Below are positions 13,565 to 13,879 of a DNA stretch of 13,879 nt, one piece after another. This stretch comes from a virus (taxonomy: Duplodnaviria > Heunggongvirae > Uroviricota > Caudoviricetes). Under the pieces are notes generated by a model. The model saw only the letters and a program-made list of their open reading frames with translations. It searched no databases and had not been told where the DNA came from. The DNA is taken from the IMG/VR virus record IMGVR_UViG_2703718788_000009. One strand, written 5' to 3'. The number at the start of each line of letters is the position of its first letter. Positions within the stretch are counted from its first letter, which is position 1. A program made the position numbers and the translations under genes.

Positions 13565-13879
13565 ATGAATATTGAAGAAATGATAGTTGAATTCGAAGAG
13601 GGTGATTTCCTGGAAGATGGGGAGTTTAAATACTCCCGTTTTAAACAGGCGTTATTTAGCAGCGATGATAAACCCCACGTTAGTGATCTTAATGACGATG
13701 ATTTATGTCGTTGGGTATGCACCCGCTTATATGAGGATGGAAAATATACAGGCCAAAACTTTCCAAATCTCTATTTCAAAGCACAAACATTTGAGGAAGG
13801 GCAAAGAGTGAAAAACCTGATCGATAAAATGCTTTCAGCCGGATATTTGCATGCTGAAAGCAAGCGCCATTATATTTTT
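13565..13879 (+). CDS. 5' part of the junction-spanning ORF (acidic protein; continues at 1..120 if circular)
   Basis: ATG at 13565 with SD 'gagagga' 7 nt upstream; open to the window end. The overlapping track ORF 13587..13811 is in another frame and looks spurious. Confidence 0.5.
   Translation, partial: MNIEEMIVEFEEGDFLEDGEFKYSRFKQALFSSDDKPHVSDLNDDDLCRWVCTRLYEDGKYTGQNFPNLYFKAQTFEEGQRVKNLIDKMLSAGYLHAESKRHYIF
13859..13879. other. 21-nt terminal redundancy identical to 1..21, marking a circular junction or assembly overlap
   Basis: 'agcaagcgccattatattttt' occurs at both ends of the window. Confidence 0.9.

Noticed and set aside
13587-13811. Track ORF of 74 aa on the plus strand
   Set aside because: It overlaps a longer ORF in another frame (13565 onward) that has a proper SD and continues across the junction. 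Its own sequence is hydrophobic and junk-like and it has no SD.
1-13879. Integrase and att sites, tRNA genes
   Set aside because: No ORF of integrase size or with recognisable recombinase motifs, and no tRNA-like cloverleaf noticed. The 21-nt terminal identity is better explained by circularity than by att repeats, though this is unverified.

Overview
The window looks like a complete small circular replicon of about 13.86 kb: its first and last 21 nt are identical (1..21 = 13859..13879), and an ORF starting at 13565 runs in frame across the junction to a stop at 118..120. By recall-level similarity (no searches were possible) it carries lambda-like virion genes: a 709-aa tail tape measure protein (309..2438, +) and, on the minus strand, a gpE-like major capsid protein (4680..5729) preceded by a small decoration-like protein (5735..6070) and followed by three unassigned proteins (2940..4525). 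A plus-strand operon (11250 through the junction to 2438) begins with a small protein and a Rep/lambda-O-like winged-helix protein. A second plus-strand module (6934..8162) encodes small hydrophobic peptides, an HTH protein and a 2-TM membrane protein. A 3-kb ORF-poor region (8163..11249) holds a dense iteron/palindrome cluster (9420..10030) that I read as a replication origin. I found no integrase, terminase, portal, protease, lysis enzyme, tRNA or CRISPR array. Several families of dispersed short repeats built from dyad-symmetric half-sites, a perfect-consensus sigma70 promoter, and a promoter-terminator leader ahead of the Rep operon are the most notable non-coding signals. The leading hypothesis is an undescribed episomal satellite or phage-plasmid-like element that encodes its own capsid shell and tail-length ruler but must borrow packaging and the remaining structural functions.
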